Shown: positions 35,728 through 45,245 of the stretch, in pieces
Layout: every line of letters starts with the position of its first letter
Position numbering within the stretch: the stretch's first letter is position 1
NCBI GenBank assembly: GCA_009838965.1
Contig: VXQP01000044.1
Span: forward strand, 2,882-66,881
Direction of reading: 5' to 3'
Origin: Chloroflexota bacterium
Lineage (GTDB): Bacteria; Chloroflexota; Dehalococcoidia; Lucifugimonadales; Australimonadaceae
DNA: 64,000 nt
Notes under the pieces: model-generated
What the model saw: only the letters and a program-made list of their open reading frames with translations
Database searches by the model: none
What the model was told of the DNA's origin: nothing
Program-made: the position numbers and the translations under genes

Positions 35728-36681
35728 ATGGCAGACGAATACATTCCGCCGAGAGGGACCAGGCTCGCGGGCAAGGTGGCCATCGTGACCGGCTCCGGCC
35801 GCGGCATCGGCAGGGCGCATGCCATCGCGCTGGCCGCCGAAGGCGCGAAGGTGGTGGTCAACGATCCGGGTGTCGAGCGGACGGGTGCGGGCGGAAGCAG
35901 CGCTCCTGCCGACGACACCGTAGCGTTCATCAGGGAGAACGGCGGCGAGGCCGTTGCGAACTACAACTCGGTCGCGGACTACGAGGAAGCAGGGCAGATC
36001 ATCAGGACGGCGATCGACGCGTACGGGCAGCTGGACATCCTGGTGAACAACGCAGGTATCGCGCGCGAGGGCCTCTTCCACCAGATAACGCCGGAGGACT
36101 TTGCAGCGGTAGTGGGGACGCACCTGAAGGGGACGTTCAACACTTGTCACCACGCCGTGCCGCTGCTGATGGAGCAGCGCTCCGGCCGCATCATCAACAC
36201 GGCCTCCAGCCAGTGGCGCAACCCGGAGGGGCGAGCGGCATACGGCGCGGCGAAGGGCGGCATCGTGAGTCTCACGTGGAACCTCGCGTTCGAGCTGCGC
36301 TACCACAACATCACGGTGAACGCGATCGCGCCGATGGCGCAGACGCGCGGGTTCATCAACTACAACCACCCGCAGGTGCTTGCCGAGGCCGGCATCCCGG
36401 CGAAGAAGGCTGGCGACGAACTCGCGGCGAACCGTCCGGGCGGCGAGCACGTCTCCCCCATCGTGGTGTGGCTGGCGACCGACGCAGCGGCGCACGTGAA
36501 CGGCTGCGTGTTCCGCGCGGGGAGCGGGAAGTACGGGTTCTACGCTCACCCCACCGAGATGCGGACGGTCAACAAGGACTGGCGCACCAGGGGGAAGTGG
36601 ACGATAGAGGAAGTAAGCAGGATACTGCCCAGCAGCCTGCTGTTCGACGGCTCGATCGCACCCTTCATCCCGGCGGACTAG
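35728..36681 (+). CDS. SDR oxidoreductase, paralog of the preceding gene
   Basis: Last 317 aa of track ORF 34462..36681. GKVAIVTGSGRGIGRAHAIALAAEGAKVVVNDPG..., same architecture and C-terminal extension as 34787..35710. SD GGAGGAG. Confidence 0.85.
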   Translation: MADEYIPPRGTRLAGKVAIVTGSGRGIGRAHAIALAAEGAKVVVNDPGVERTGAGGSSAPADDTVAFIRENGGEAVANYNSVADYEEAGQIIRTAIDAYGQLDILVNNAGIAREGLFHQITPEDFAAVVGTHLKGTFNTCHHAVPLLMEQRSGRIINTASSQWRNPEGRAAYGAAKGGIVSLTWNLAFELRYHNITVNAIAPMAQTRGFINYNHPQVLAEAGIPAKKAGDELAANRPGGEHVSPIVVWLATDAAAHVNGCVFRAGSGKYGFYAHPTEMRTVNKDWRTRGKWTIEEVSRILPSSLLFDGSIAPFIPAD

Positions 36682-36698
36682 GGCGCCCGCGCCCGCTC

Positions 36699-37436
36699 AT
36701 GCCAGACCTGCCGTTCGTCATCGGTTCCGCCGTCACGGTGCTGTTCGCCTCGCTCACCCAGGGAGCGACCGGGTTCGGCTTCGTCGTCATCTCGGCGCCC
36801 ATCATGGCCTCGTACCTCGACCCGAAACTCGTGATCCCCGTGCTGCTGATCGTCGGTACGACCCTGAACTTCCCGCTGATGGTGCACACGCGGCGGGAGT
36901 TCAGCATCGCGCGCATATGGCCGATGATGCTCGCCGGCGTGGTCTGCACCCCGATCGGAACGTTCATCCTGACGCGGCTCGACGCGCCGCAGATCAAGAT
37001 AATCCTGGGGGTGGTGACGGGCACGGTAGCGGTGGCGTTGCTGCTCGGGTTGCAGCGCACGGCGCGCAATCAGCGTCTCGCCTCGATACCGGTCGGCGCG
37101 GCGAGCGGGCTGCTGACGGGGGCGACGGGCCTCGCCGGCGCGCCGGTCATCCTCTTCTTCGCGAACCAGGGTGTTGAGCAGCGACAGTTCCGCGCGGATA
37201 TCATCTATTATCTGGCTGGGGTATCGCTCTCGGCGTTCCCGAGCTATGCCGTGGCGGGCGTCCTGACGCTCGAATCGGTGCAGTTGGCGGCGGTGCTCCT
37301 GCCCGCAGGGGCTGCGGGCGTCTTCGGTGGTATATGGCTCTCCGGTCGAATACCGGCGTTGGTGTTCCGGCGCATCGCACTGGGGATAGTATTGATCGCT
37401 GCGGTGATCGCGATCACGTCAGGAGTAACGGGATGA
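36699..37436 (+). CDS. TauE/SafE family sulfite/anion exporter
   Basis: 245 aa. Multi-TM with SLTQGATGFGF and GLLTGATGLAGAP motifs typical of TauE/SafE (DUF81). Confidence 0.8.
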   Translation: MPDLPFVIGSAVTVLFASLTQGATGFGFVVISAPIMASYLDPKLVIPVLLIVGTTLNFPLMVHTRREFSIARIWPMMLAGVVCTPIGTFILTRLDAPQIKIILGVVTGTVAVALLLGLQRTARNQRLASIPVGAASGLLTGATGLAGAPVILFFANQGVEQRQFRADIIYYLAGVSLSAFPSYAVAGVLTLESVQLAAVLLPAGAAGVFGGIWLSGRIPALVFRRIALGIVLIAAVIAITSGVTG

Positions 37437-38062
37437 GGCTGTCCCGCTCGATACGGTATCGACTGGCCTCGATGGCGGCATTTGCGCCGCTCTACTACAC
37501 GTCGGTTACGGCGCGTGCGATGCGCAAGGCCCCGCCCGGTTACAGCTCGACGCAGCACACGATGAGCCGGCTCGCCGCGCGGGGCACGTCCAGCGCCAGG
37601 CTGATGAACGCCGCGTTCGCGGGTTACGGCGTGCTCGTGCAGGGACTCGGGCCGCTGCTGCACCATGAGGCGAGAGGGGGGAAGCGGGGACGCGCCCTCT
37701 GGGGGCTCGTGGCGATATATGGGCTCGGCGCGGTCCTTGCGGCGAAGTATCCCACGCGCAGCGAGCGGCAGGTGCTGCCGGGCATCACGGAGAACAGCGC
37801 CCACAACATCGCGGGCGGGATGACGCTGTCGAGCATCGGCCTGCTCATGGCGCTGTCGCCCCGCGCGCTGAAGGAGCGTCCGGCGTGGTGCGGGTGGTGG
37901 AGGTGGTTCTCCTACGGCATGTTCGCCGCGACCTGCATCCTTACGCTGCCGTACTACTCGCGCACGTGGCTCCGCAAGCGAGGGTTGTTCCAGCGCAGCC
38001 TCTTCGTCACGACGATGACGTGGGTGATGACGACTGCGCTGCGCCTGCGCAGGCTGTCCTGA
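37433..38062 (+). CDS. DUF998-like membrane protein
   Basis: 209 aa from Met34 of the track ORF (ATGA overlap with the TauE stop). YSSTQHTMSRLAARGTSSARLMNAAF resembles the DUF998 signature. About 5-6 TM. Confidence 0.55.
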   Translation: MRLSRSIRYRLASMAAFAPLYYTSVTARAMRKAPPGYSSTQHTMSRLAARGTSSARLMNAAFAGYGVLVQGLGPLLHHEARGGKRGRALWGLVAIYGLGAVLAAKYPTRSERQVLPGITENSAHNIAGGMTLSSIGLLMALSPRALKERPAWCGWWRWFSYGMFAATCILTLPYYSRTWLRKRGLFQRSLFVTTMTWVMTTALRLRRLS

Positions 38063-38076
38063 GGGCGGTCTGTCCC

Positions 38077-39066
38077 TTACCTGACGGGGGCTTGCGGGAC
38101 GTCTGCTCCCATGCCGAAGCGCTCGACCTCTTCGTCCGTGCCGTCCCACGCGGCGATGGCGTCTACGGCGTCGCGCTCCTCGGGTGAGAGCATCCAGTCC
38201 GACGTGGCTGCGTTCCCTACGACCTGCTCCTCAGTCATCGCCCCCGCGATAACCGAGCTCACCGCCGGGTGCGCGAGCAGCCATGCGAACGCGAGGTCGA
38301 GGACCGTGTGCCCGTGCTCGTTCGCGTACGCGTCGAGGCGCGAGAGCACGGTCCGGGCGCGCTCGTCGCTCTGTAGCTGGCCGACCATACGCCTCGCGCT
38401 GCCGGGAACCTCCGCGCCCGCCGCGTACTTGCCGGTGAGCCATCCGCCCGCGAGCGGGAAGTAGGGCAGGAAGCCGATGTTGTGCTCCGTGCAGTACGGG
38501 AGCAGTTCGAGCTCGACCTGCCGGTGCATGAGGCTGTAGTTGTTCTGGGAGGAGACGAACGGCGCGAGGCCGCGCTCGTCGGCGGCGCGGTTGGCGTCGG
38601 CGTGGCGCCAGCCGGAGTAGTTGCACTCGCCGACGTACCGCACTTTCCCTTCCTTGACGAGGTCGTTCAGCGGTTCCAGGTACTCCTCGTGCGGGACGCC
38701 GTGCGGGATGAAGTGGATCTGGTAGAGGTCGATGACGTCGGTCTGGAGTTTGGTAAGGCTCTCTTCGACGTTCCTCATGATGCGGTCGCGGGGCGACTCG
38801 CCATCCAGGCTGTTGAGGTTGAACTTGGTGGCGATGAGGAAGTCGTTCCGCTGGCCGCGCAGCGCTTCGCCGATGTGGACCTCGCTCTGGCCGCCGCCGT
38901 AGATGTTGGCGGTGTCGATGAGGTTGATGCCCACGTCCCGGCACTTGTCGAGCACGCGCTTGCTGTCTGCGTGGTCGCTGATGCGGGAGGGGTTGCCGAA
39001 GTTGTTGGTGCCGAGGCCTATGACGGATACGTTGAGGTCCGTGTCGCCGAGTCTGCGGTACTGCAT
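38077..39066 (-). CDS. Aldo/keto reductase
   Basis: MQYRRLGDTDLNVSVIGLGTNNFG ... DTANIYGGGQSE ... AKR family pattern. Start at Met20 of the track ORF (SD GGAGGAG). Confidence 0.88.
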   Translation of the reverse strand: MQYRRLGDTDLNVSVIGLGTNNFGNPSRISDHADSKRVLDKCRDVGINLIDTANIYGGGQSEVHIGEALRGQRNDFLIATKFNLNSLDGESPRDRIMRNVEESLTKLQTDVIDLYQIHFIPHGVPHEEYLEPLNDLVKEGKVRYVGECNYSGWRHADANRAADERGLAPFVSSQNNYSLMHRQVELELLPYCTEHNIGFLPYFPLAGGWLTGKYAAGAEVPGSARRMVGQLQSDERARTVLSRLDAYANEHGHTVLDLAFAWLLAHPAVSSVIAGAMTEEQVVGNAATSDWMLSPEERDAVDAIAAWDGTDEEVERFGMGADVPQAPVR

Positions 39067-39210
39067 GTGCTGCTCCTCCGAGTAGTGCCCATAGGGGCCT
39101 TGCGCCAGGCGCTCCGCACGCATGATAGCGGATGGATGCGCTGGCTGGGGGAGCGGGGAAGGGTTGCTATACTCGCGGAACTATCGCCGAAAGTGGTTCC
39201 CCGAGGTGGC

Positions 39211-40437
39211 ATGGCTACGTTCACGTCAACTGCAGTCCGCGCGGTCCTCGTCTGTGCGCTTCTCCTGGGGTCGGTTGTGGCCTGTGGCGACGGTTCACAG
39301 CCGCTCAAGATCGGGCTTCTGCTGGATTACAGCGAGGGCTCCACAGAGAAGGCGCGCGACAGGGAGCGGGCCTTCGACCTGGCGGTGCAGCACGTCAACG
39401 AAGCTGGGGGAGTGTTCGGGCGTCCCGTCGAGACGGTGACTCGGGACTCCACGCGCGATCCGGCGGTAGCGGTGGAAGAAGCCCGTCGCATGATCGAAGA
39501 AGACGGCATCCACGCCCTCGTCGGACCCAACTCCAGCGCAAACTCGCTGCCCGTTGTCGAACAGGTAGCCGGTCCGGCGGGCATACCCGTCGTCAGCCCG
39601 TCGGCCAGCTCCCCGCTGCTCACGAACGTGGCGGACAACGACTTCTTCTTCCGCACCGTCCTGTCCGACAGCGCGCGGGGGCCCGTGCTTGCGCAGGTGG
39701 CGCGCGACCTCGGTTTCACGAACGTCGGCCTCGTCTACCGCGACGACGCCTGGGGGCGCGGCATCTACGAGTCCTTCGCCGCGGCGTGGACCGGACCGCT
39801 GCGGGCCGTCGTCCTCTCGCCGGGGCAGACGACATACCTCCCCGAGTTGCGGGAGACGGCGAGCGGGGGCGCCGAAGCGCTCGTCGTTCTCACGTTCGAA
39901 GTGGAGGCGGCGGTGGCTATCCGGGAGGCTGTCGAGAGCGGCCTGTACAGCCGGTTCGTGTTGGGTGACGCTTTGAAGAGTCCCGCCCTGGGCGCCGCCG
40001 TCGGTGGCGCTCTTGCGGGCGCGTACGGCACGGCAGGCGTGGCTGCGCCGGAGAGCGCAGCCGCAGCCGCCTGGGACGCAGCGTTCGTTGCGGAGTATGG
40101 CAATCCGCCTGAGTACGCCTACGTGCGGGAGACGTACGACGCCGCGATCGCTCTCGCGCTGGCGGCGCAGGCCGCGGGAAGCGTGGACGGAGCCGCCATT
40201 CGCGACCAACTGCGCGGCGTCGGCAGCGGGCCGGGTACGGTGACGGCGCCGACGGCGGCGGGAGTGGCAGAGGCCCTGCGCATCCTTGGCGAAGGCGGAG
40301 CGGTGGACTACGAGGGAGCCGCCACGACGATGGACTGGGACGACAACGGCGACCTGAGGCGCGGCCATATCGGCGTCTGGCGCTTCACGGACGACGGACG
40401 GATAGAAGACCTCTACGCCGTGCGCTTCGACTACTAG
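39211..40437 (+). CDS. ABC-type (LivK-like) substrate-binding lipoprotein
   Basis: 408 aa, the last part of track ORF 38482..40437. Signal peptide plus lipobox VVAC, then LKIGLLLDYSEGS...ALVGPNSSANS, typical of type-1 periplasmic binding proteins. No permease or ATPase genes adjacent. Confidence 0.8.
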   Translation: MATFTSTAVRAVLVCALLLGSVVACGDGSQPLKIGLLLDYSEGSTEKARDRERAFDLAVQHVNEAGGVFGRPVETVTRDSTRDPAVAVEEARRMIEEDGIHALVGPNSSANSLPVVEQVAGPAGIPVVSPSASSPLLTNVADNDFFFRTVLSDSARGPVLAQVARDLGFTNVGLVYRDDAWGRGIYESFAAAWTGPLRAVVLSPGQTTYLPELRETASGGAEALVVLTFEVEAAVAIREAVESGLYSRFVLGDALKSPALGAAVGGALAGAYGTAGVAAPESAAAAAWDAAFVAEYGNPPEYAYVRETYDAAIALALAAQAAGSVDGAAIRDQLRGVGSGPGTVTAPTAAGVAEALRILGEGGAVDYEGAATTMDWDDNGDLRRGHIGVWRFTDDGRIEDLYAVRFDY

Positions 40438-40459
40438 CACATAGCCCTGGGAGGGCAGG

Positions 40460-41743
40460 ATGGATATCGGGTTCGTGGGGCTCGGCATGATGGGCAAGCC
40501 GATGGCGGTGAACCTGCTCAAGGCGGGGCACAACGTGACGGTCGTCAACCGCAGTCAGGGCAAGGTGCAGGAGCTCGCCGGGATGGGCGCCACGCCCGGG
40601 AGGTCGCCGGCGGATGCGGCGAGCGGCGCGGAGGTAGTCGGGCTGTGCCTCGTGGGAGACGCGGTCGTGGAGTCGGTGCTGTGCGGTGAGAACGGCGTGC
40701 TGGCGGGTGCCGGGCCGGGAACGATCGTGCTGGACCACTCGACCGTCCACCCGGAGTTCGCGCGGCAGATGGAAGAGGCGTGTGCGGTGCGGGGCGTGAC
40801 GTACCTCGATGCGCCGGTGTCGGGGACGGGCGACGTGGCGTGGGGCGGCAGGCTGACGGTGATGGTGGGGGGAGACGCCGCCGCGTTCGAGCGCACCCGC
40901 CCCGCGCTGGATGCGGTGTCGGCGAACGCGCGCTTCATGGGGCCGGTCGGCAGCGGTAACATGGCCAAGCTGCTCAACAACATGGTGAAGGACATCAACC
41001 AGCTGGGCGTGCTGGAGACGTTCGTGCTCGGTGCGAAGCAGGGGCTGGACTGCGGGCTGCTCTTCCACGTCATGCGCAAGGGCGCGTCGGTGAGCCGCCA
41101 GCTGGAGCGCATCCTGCCGAAGATACTCGACCGCTCGTTCGAGCAGACGTCGTACGTCTCCACGAACATCAAGGACCAGGGCCTGATGGAGTGGATGATC
41201 GGGCAGGCGGGGCTGGAGTTGCCGCTGCGGAACGCCGCACGCGATTCGTGGCTGTACGCCGCCGAACAGGGGTTGGCCGATGCCGACCCACCCGAGGCGA
41301 TCAAGGCGCTGGAGCCCATCGCGGGAATCGAGGTTGCGGGAGAGTTGCTGCCTTCCGACGCAGATGTGCCGCCGCACGGCGGCGCCTACGATGCACTCGA
41401 CCGCATGACTGCGGCGATGTACGAAGTGGGTGTATTCGAGGCGTTTGCGCTGACCGCGAAACTGGGGATGGACGCTCAGGCGATGTACGAGGTGATGCGC
41501 ACGGCGTCCGGGGCATCGGCGCGGTTGGAGCGCATCGGGCGGGTCATCCTCGGCGGAGCGTCCGGGGACCCGGAGCCGTCGGTGGACGACTACGTCTCCT
41601 GCTACGAGCCGCTGCTCGCGGAGGCGAGGCGCGACGGGCTGCGCATGCCGCTGCACGAGGCATCGGCGTCCCTCTGGCGCAGGGCGGCGGGACAAGGGCT
41701 GGGAAGCGGGCCGTCGTCCGCTGCGTATGCGCTCTACGCGTAG
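40460..41743 (+). CDS. NAD(P)-dependent oxidoreductase, 3-hydroxyisobutyrate dehydrogenase family with duplicated C-terminal helical domain
   Basis: MDIGFVGLGMMGKPMAVNL Rossmann N-terminus. 427 aa versus about 290 for the canonical family. The extra about 130 aa repeat the all-helical NAD_binding_11-like segment. Confidence 0.8.
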   Translation: MDIGFVGLGMMGKPMAVNLLKAGHNVTVVNRSQGKVQELAGMGATPGRSPADAASGAEVVGLCLVGDAVVESVLCGENGVLAGAGPGTIVLDHSTVHPEFARQMEEACAVRGVTYLDAPVSGTGDVAWGGRLTVMVGGDAAAFERTRPALDAVSANARFMGPVGSGNMAKLLNNMVKDINQLGVLETFVLGAKQGLDCGLLFHVMRKGASVSRQLERILPKILDRSFEQTSYVSTNIKDQGLMEWMIGQAGLELPLRNAARDSWLYAAEQGLADADPPEAIKALEPIAGIEVAGELLPSDADVPPHGGAYDALDRMTAAMYEVGVFEAFALTAKLGMDAQAMYEVMRTASGASARLERIGRVILGGASGDPEPSVDDYVSCYEPLLAEARRDGLRMPLHEASASLWRRAAGQGLGSGPSSAAYALYA

Positions 41744-41762
41744 TTGCCGGTAGACTGCGCGC

Positions 41763-42113
41763 ATGGAGTACGTCGAGGTAGACGTCGAGGCCGGAGAGAA
41801 CTGCGACCTCTCTGTCACGCGCATGTTCGAGGCCTTGGAGCCGTCCTGCGAGGTGACGTGGGTCGAGTCCGCGTTCCGGCCGGACGGCTGGGAGGGCCCG
41901 TGCGACGTGGTCGGCTGGTCGGGCGGGGAGCCGGTGCCGGCGATGGCGGCGAAGGTGTCGGACTCCGGGGACGGCGTCGTGGTGCTGGTGTACGGTGGAG
42001 ACGAGGGGTTGCGCCTGCGTCCGTCCGGCTCGTCGGCGGAGTGGTCGCTCGACGACAAGGAGCAGTGGGGCGAGCCGTGTCTCCTGCTGGAGTTGACGCT
42101 CGAGGTCAGGTAG
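41763..42113 (+). CDS. Hypothetical acidic protein
   Basis: 116-aa ORF that fills the gap before proB. No SD and no family recognised. Confidence 0.4.
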   Translation: MEYVEVDVEAGENCDLSVTRMFEALEPSCEVTWVESAFRPDGWEGPCDVVGWSGGEPVPAMAAKVSDSGDGVVVLVYGGDEGLRLRPSGSSAEWSLDDKEQWGEPCLLLELTLEVR

Positions 42114-42217
42114 CACGCGTTGCTTCGTGCCCTGCCGTGGCAGGGGCATACTGTACAATGCCCGTACGAGCGATTCCCACGTCCCCATAGCCTTCAGCAC
42201 GGTATCGAGAACGCAGT

Positions 42218-43384
42218 ATGGCACTCCAGACGGCAGATGCAGACGCCGGACAGGGCGGTGCTCAGTTGCGCTACCGGCGGATCGTGGTCAAGGCCGGCAC
42301 GAACGTGCTCACCCGCAAGACCGCGCACCTGGACCGCTCCGTCATGGAGTCGCTGGTCGACCAGATCGCGGACGTGGTGGAGATGGGCGCGCAGGTGGTG
42401 CTCGTCACCTCGGGCGCCATCGCGGCGGGGCATGAGGCTGCGCCCGGTGTCGTGCAGGGCAAGAGCGTCGCTGCCAGCCAGATGCTTGCGGCCATCGGAC
42501 AGAGCCGCCTCATGCACGCCTACCAGGAGCTCTTCTCGCGGCGTGGGATCGTCGTCGCACAGACGCTCCTCATCGCGCGGGACGTGGACGACCGCGTGGG
42601 CTATCTGAACGTGCGTAACACCCTGAACGGGCTGCTGGAGCGCGGCGTCGTGCCCATCGTGAACGAGAACGACGTGGTCGACACGAAGGAGATCAACGGC
42701 CAGCGCTTCGGCGACAACGATACGCTCTCCGCCATCGTGGCGAACGTGATCGACGCCGACCTGCTGTTGATGCTGACGGACACCGGCGGGCTGTTCACTG
42801 CCGACCCGAACCGCGACCCCTCGGCGGAACTGATACCAAGGGTCGACCGGATAGACGATGGCATCATGTCGCTGGCGGAGGTGCACACGAGCACCGCGAC
42901 CCGCGGAGGGATGGCTTCCAAGCTCCTGGCTGCACAGCATGCCACGGGCATAGGAGTGGCGGTGGTGTTCGGTCTCGGCGGAGACCCGTCGATCGTGCGA
43001 GAGGCGGCATGCGGTCAGTTGAACAACGGCACGTTCTTCCCTGCGAGAGGGTCCGTCGTGGAGAGCAGGAAGCGCTGGCTGTTGAGCGGCATGACGAAGA
43101 AGGACGCAGGCCTCGTGGTGGACGACGGAGCGGAGCGCGCTCTCTGTGAGCAGTCGCGCAGCCTGCTGCCGGCGGGCATCCGCGAGGTGAACGGGCGGTT
43201 CGTACGGGGCGACGTGGTGGAAGTCCTTTCCGTGAGCGGCTCGCGCCTCGCCTATGGGATAGCGAACTACGACTCGTCGGAGATGCGGAAGATCGCGGGG
43301 GAACGCTCCGACCGGATCATGGAGTTGCTCGGGCACCACAACGGCGACGAAGCCGTGCACCGTAACAACATGGTCGTCGTCTGA
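42218..43384 (+). CDS. proB: Glutamate 5-kinase (with PUA domain)
   Basis: 388 aa. RIVVKAGTNVLT ... NENDVV ... GDNDTLSA motifs. C-terminal PUA. Confidence 0.93.
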   Translation: MALQTADADAGQGGAQLRYRRIVVKAGTNVLTRKTAHLDRSVMESLVDQIADVVEMGAQVVLVTSGAIAAGHEAAPGVVQGKSVAASQMLAAIGQSRLMHAYQELFSRRGIVVAQTLLIARDVDDRVGYLNVRNTLNGLLERGVVPIVNENDVVDTKEINGQRFGDNDTLSAIVANVIDADLLLMLTDTGGLFTADPNRDPSAELIPRVDRIDDGIMSLAEVHTSTATRGGMASKLLAAQHATGIGVAVVFGLGGDPSIVREAACGQLNNGTFFPARGSVVESRKRWLLSGMTKKDAGLVVDDGAERALCEQSRSLLPAGIREVNGRFVRGDVVEVLSVSGSRLAYGIANYDSSEMRKIAGERSDRIMELLGHHNGDEAVHRNNMVVV

Positions 43385-43401
43385 GGACGAAGGAGAGATA
43401 C

Positions 43402-44682
43402 ATGGCAACGGGAACGGCCACATCCGAACTCATCACGAAGGCGCAGGCGGCGCGCGAGGCGTCCAAGCGTGTGCGCATGCTCTCCACCGAGCAGAAGAAC
43501 AACGCACTGCGCGCCATCGCCGACGCCCTCGAAGCGAACTGCCCCACCATCCTGGAGGCGAACGCGCGCGACCTCGAAGCCGGACGCGAGGCCGGACTGA
43601 GCGAGGCGCTGATGGGGCGGCTGCTGCTGAACGAGCAGCGTATAAGCGGGATGGCGAACGACGTGCGCGGTGTTGCGCTGCTGCCCGACCCGGTCGGGGA
43701 GTGCTTCGACTCCCGCACGCTGCCGAACGGGATACGCGTGGAGCGGCGCAGGGTGCCGCTGGGCGTCATCGGCTGCGTGTACGAAGCCCGTCCGAACGTG
43801 ACGACGGACATCGTGTCGCTCTGCTTGAAGTCCGGTAACGCGGTCGTGCTGCGCGGCGGCAAGGAGGCCGTCCATACCAACACGGCGGTCGCCGCGCTGG
43901 TAAAGGACGCGCTCGCGGCCGAGGACGCCGTGCCGGAGGCCGTGCAGTTCGTCACCGACACGGACCGGGCCATCGTCGACCAGATGATCCGGCTCAACGA
44001 CTACCTTGACCTGTTCATCCCGCGCGGCGGCGAAACGCTCATCAAGTACGTGCGGGACAATGCTACGGTCCCCGCCATCACCGGCGGCGTCGGTGTCGTG
44101 CACGTGTACGTGGACGCCGGCGCGGACCTGGAGAAGGCGTCCGGCATCATCTACAACGCCAAGACGCAGCGGCCGGACGTGTGCAACGCGCTGGACACGC
44201 TGCTCGTGCACGCCTCGGCTGCTCCTGCGTTGCTGCCCGGCGCGGCGTCCCGGCTGACGGAGGCGGGCGTCGAGTTGCGGTGCGACCAGCGGGCGCTGTC
44301 GCTCATCGGGCCGGTGCAGGAGTCGCAGGTGCGCGCCGCCGGGCCGGACGACTTCGGACAGGAGTTCCTCTCCCTGACGATGTCGGTGAAGGTGGTGGAC
44401 TCGCTCGACGACGCGCTGGAGCACATCGACGAGTTCGGCTCCGGTCACACCGAGGCGATCGTGACGGAGGACTACAGCGCCGCGATGCGGTTTACCGATG
44501 CCGTGGAGGCGTCGGTCGTGCTCGTGAACGCGAGCACCCGCTTCAACGACGGCGCCCAGCTCGGACTGGGGTCGGAGGTCGCGATCAGCACGAACAAGCT
44601 GCACGCTCGCGGGCCGATGGGTCTGCGCGAGCTGACCAGCTACAAGTGGATAGCGCTGGGCGACGGGCAGGTACGTCCCTGA
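43402..44682 (+). CDS. proA: Gamma-glutamyl phosphate reductase
   Basis: 426 aa. Canonical ProA pattern (CNALDTLLVH, GSGHTEAIVT, STRFNDG). Confidence 0.93.
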   Translation: MATGTATSELITKAQAAREASKRVRMLSTEQKNNALRAIADALEANCPTILEANARDLEAGREAGLSEALMGRLLLNEQRISGMANDVRGVALLPDPVGECFDSRTLPNGIRVERRRVPLGVIGCVYEARPNVTTDIVSLCLKSGNAVVLRGGKEAVHTNTAVAALVKDALAAEDAVPEAVQFVTDTDRAIVDQMIRLNDYLDLFIPRGGETLIKYVRDNATVPAITGGVGVVHVYVDAGADLEKASGIIYNAKTQRPDVCNALDTLLVHASAAPALLPGAASRLTEAGVELRCDQRALSLIGPVQESQVRAAGPDDFGQEFLSLTMSVKVVDSLDDALEHIDEFGSGHTEAIVTEDYSAAMRFTDAVEASVVLVNASTRFNDGAQLGLGSEVAISTNKLHARGPMGLRELTSYKWIALGDGQVRP

Positions 44683-44732
44683 GCAGCGCTTCTTCCCCTC
44701 AGGTAAGGCGCAGCCGAGTCAAAGGAGAACCC

Positions 44733-45047
44733 ATGATCCGCTTCGAACGCGAGTGCCGTACGCCGTTCTCCGAGGTGTACACGCTCTACGAGGACGACCA
44801 GCCCCAGCCGCAGGGGCGTTTCGACGTGCACTTCTACGGGCGCATCATCCACGCCACGCTGTGCGTCTCCGAGCGCTACACCACCGACGAGATACAGGAC
44901 ATCATCGCCGACCTGGACGACGAGCTGCTCGACGCCATCGGCCTCGAACGGGACGACTTCGTCGTGCACGTCCACCAGGGACGGGAGGTCGGCGTGTTCT
45001 CCGGCAGTGCGTTCGAGGAGGGCGAGGAGCCCGGCTCCGAGAACTAG
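44733..45047 (+). CDS. Hypothetical small acidic protein
   Basis: 104 aa, the last part of track ORF 44181..45047. Strong SD AAAGGAGAA 5 nt before ATG 44733. No family recognised. Confidence 0.55.
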   Translation: MIRFERECRTPFSEVYTLYEDDQPQPQGRFDVHFYGRIIHATLCVSERYTTDEIQDIIADLDDELLDAIGLERDDFVVHVHQGREVGVFSGSAFEEGEEPGSEN

Positions 45048-45072
45048 CACAGACCAGGTATGTCAACCATGC

Positions 45073-45190
45073 CCGTCATTCCCGCACCGGCGGGAATCCA
45101 GGGTGCGCGGGCAGCGCACACGGGGCGTGGAGGCGGGTGGAGTATTGTCATGCTGAGCGAAGCGCAGCGGAGTCGAAGTATCTCTCAGGG
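45073..45190 (+). repeat. Repeat cluster R2: modules A + B
   Basis: A = cgtcattcccgcaccggcgggaatccagggtgcgcgggcagcgcac, two tandem hairpins. B = tgtcatgctgagcgaagcgcagcggagtcgaagtatctctcagggg. Near-identical composite at 50081-50197. Confidence 0.85.
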
Positions 45191-45245
45191 GACGTACGCT
45201 TGTTAGACCACCCCACGGAAGCGGACGACCGGCGCGAGGGGCCTC

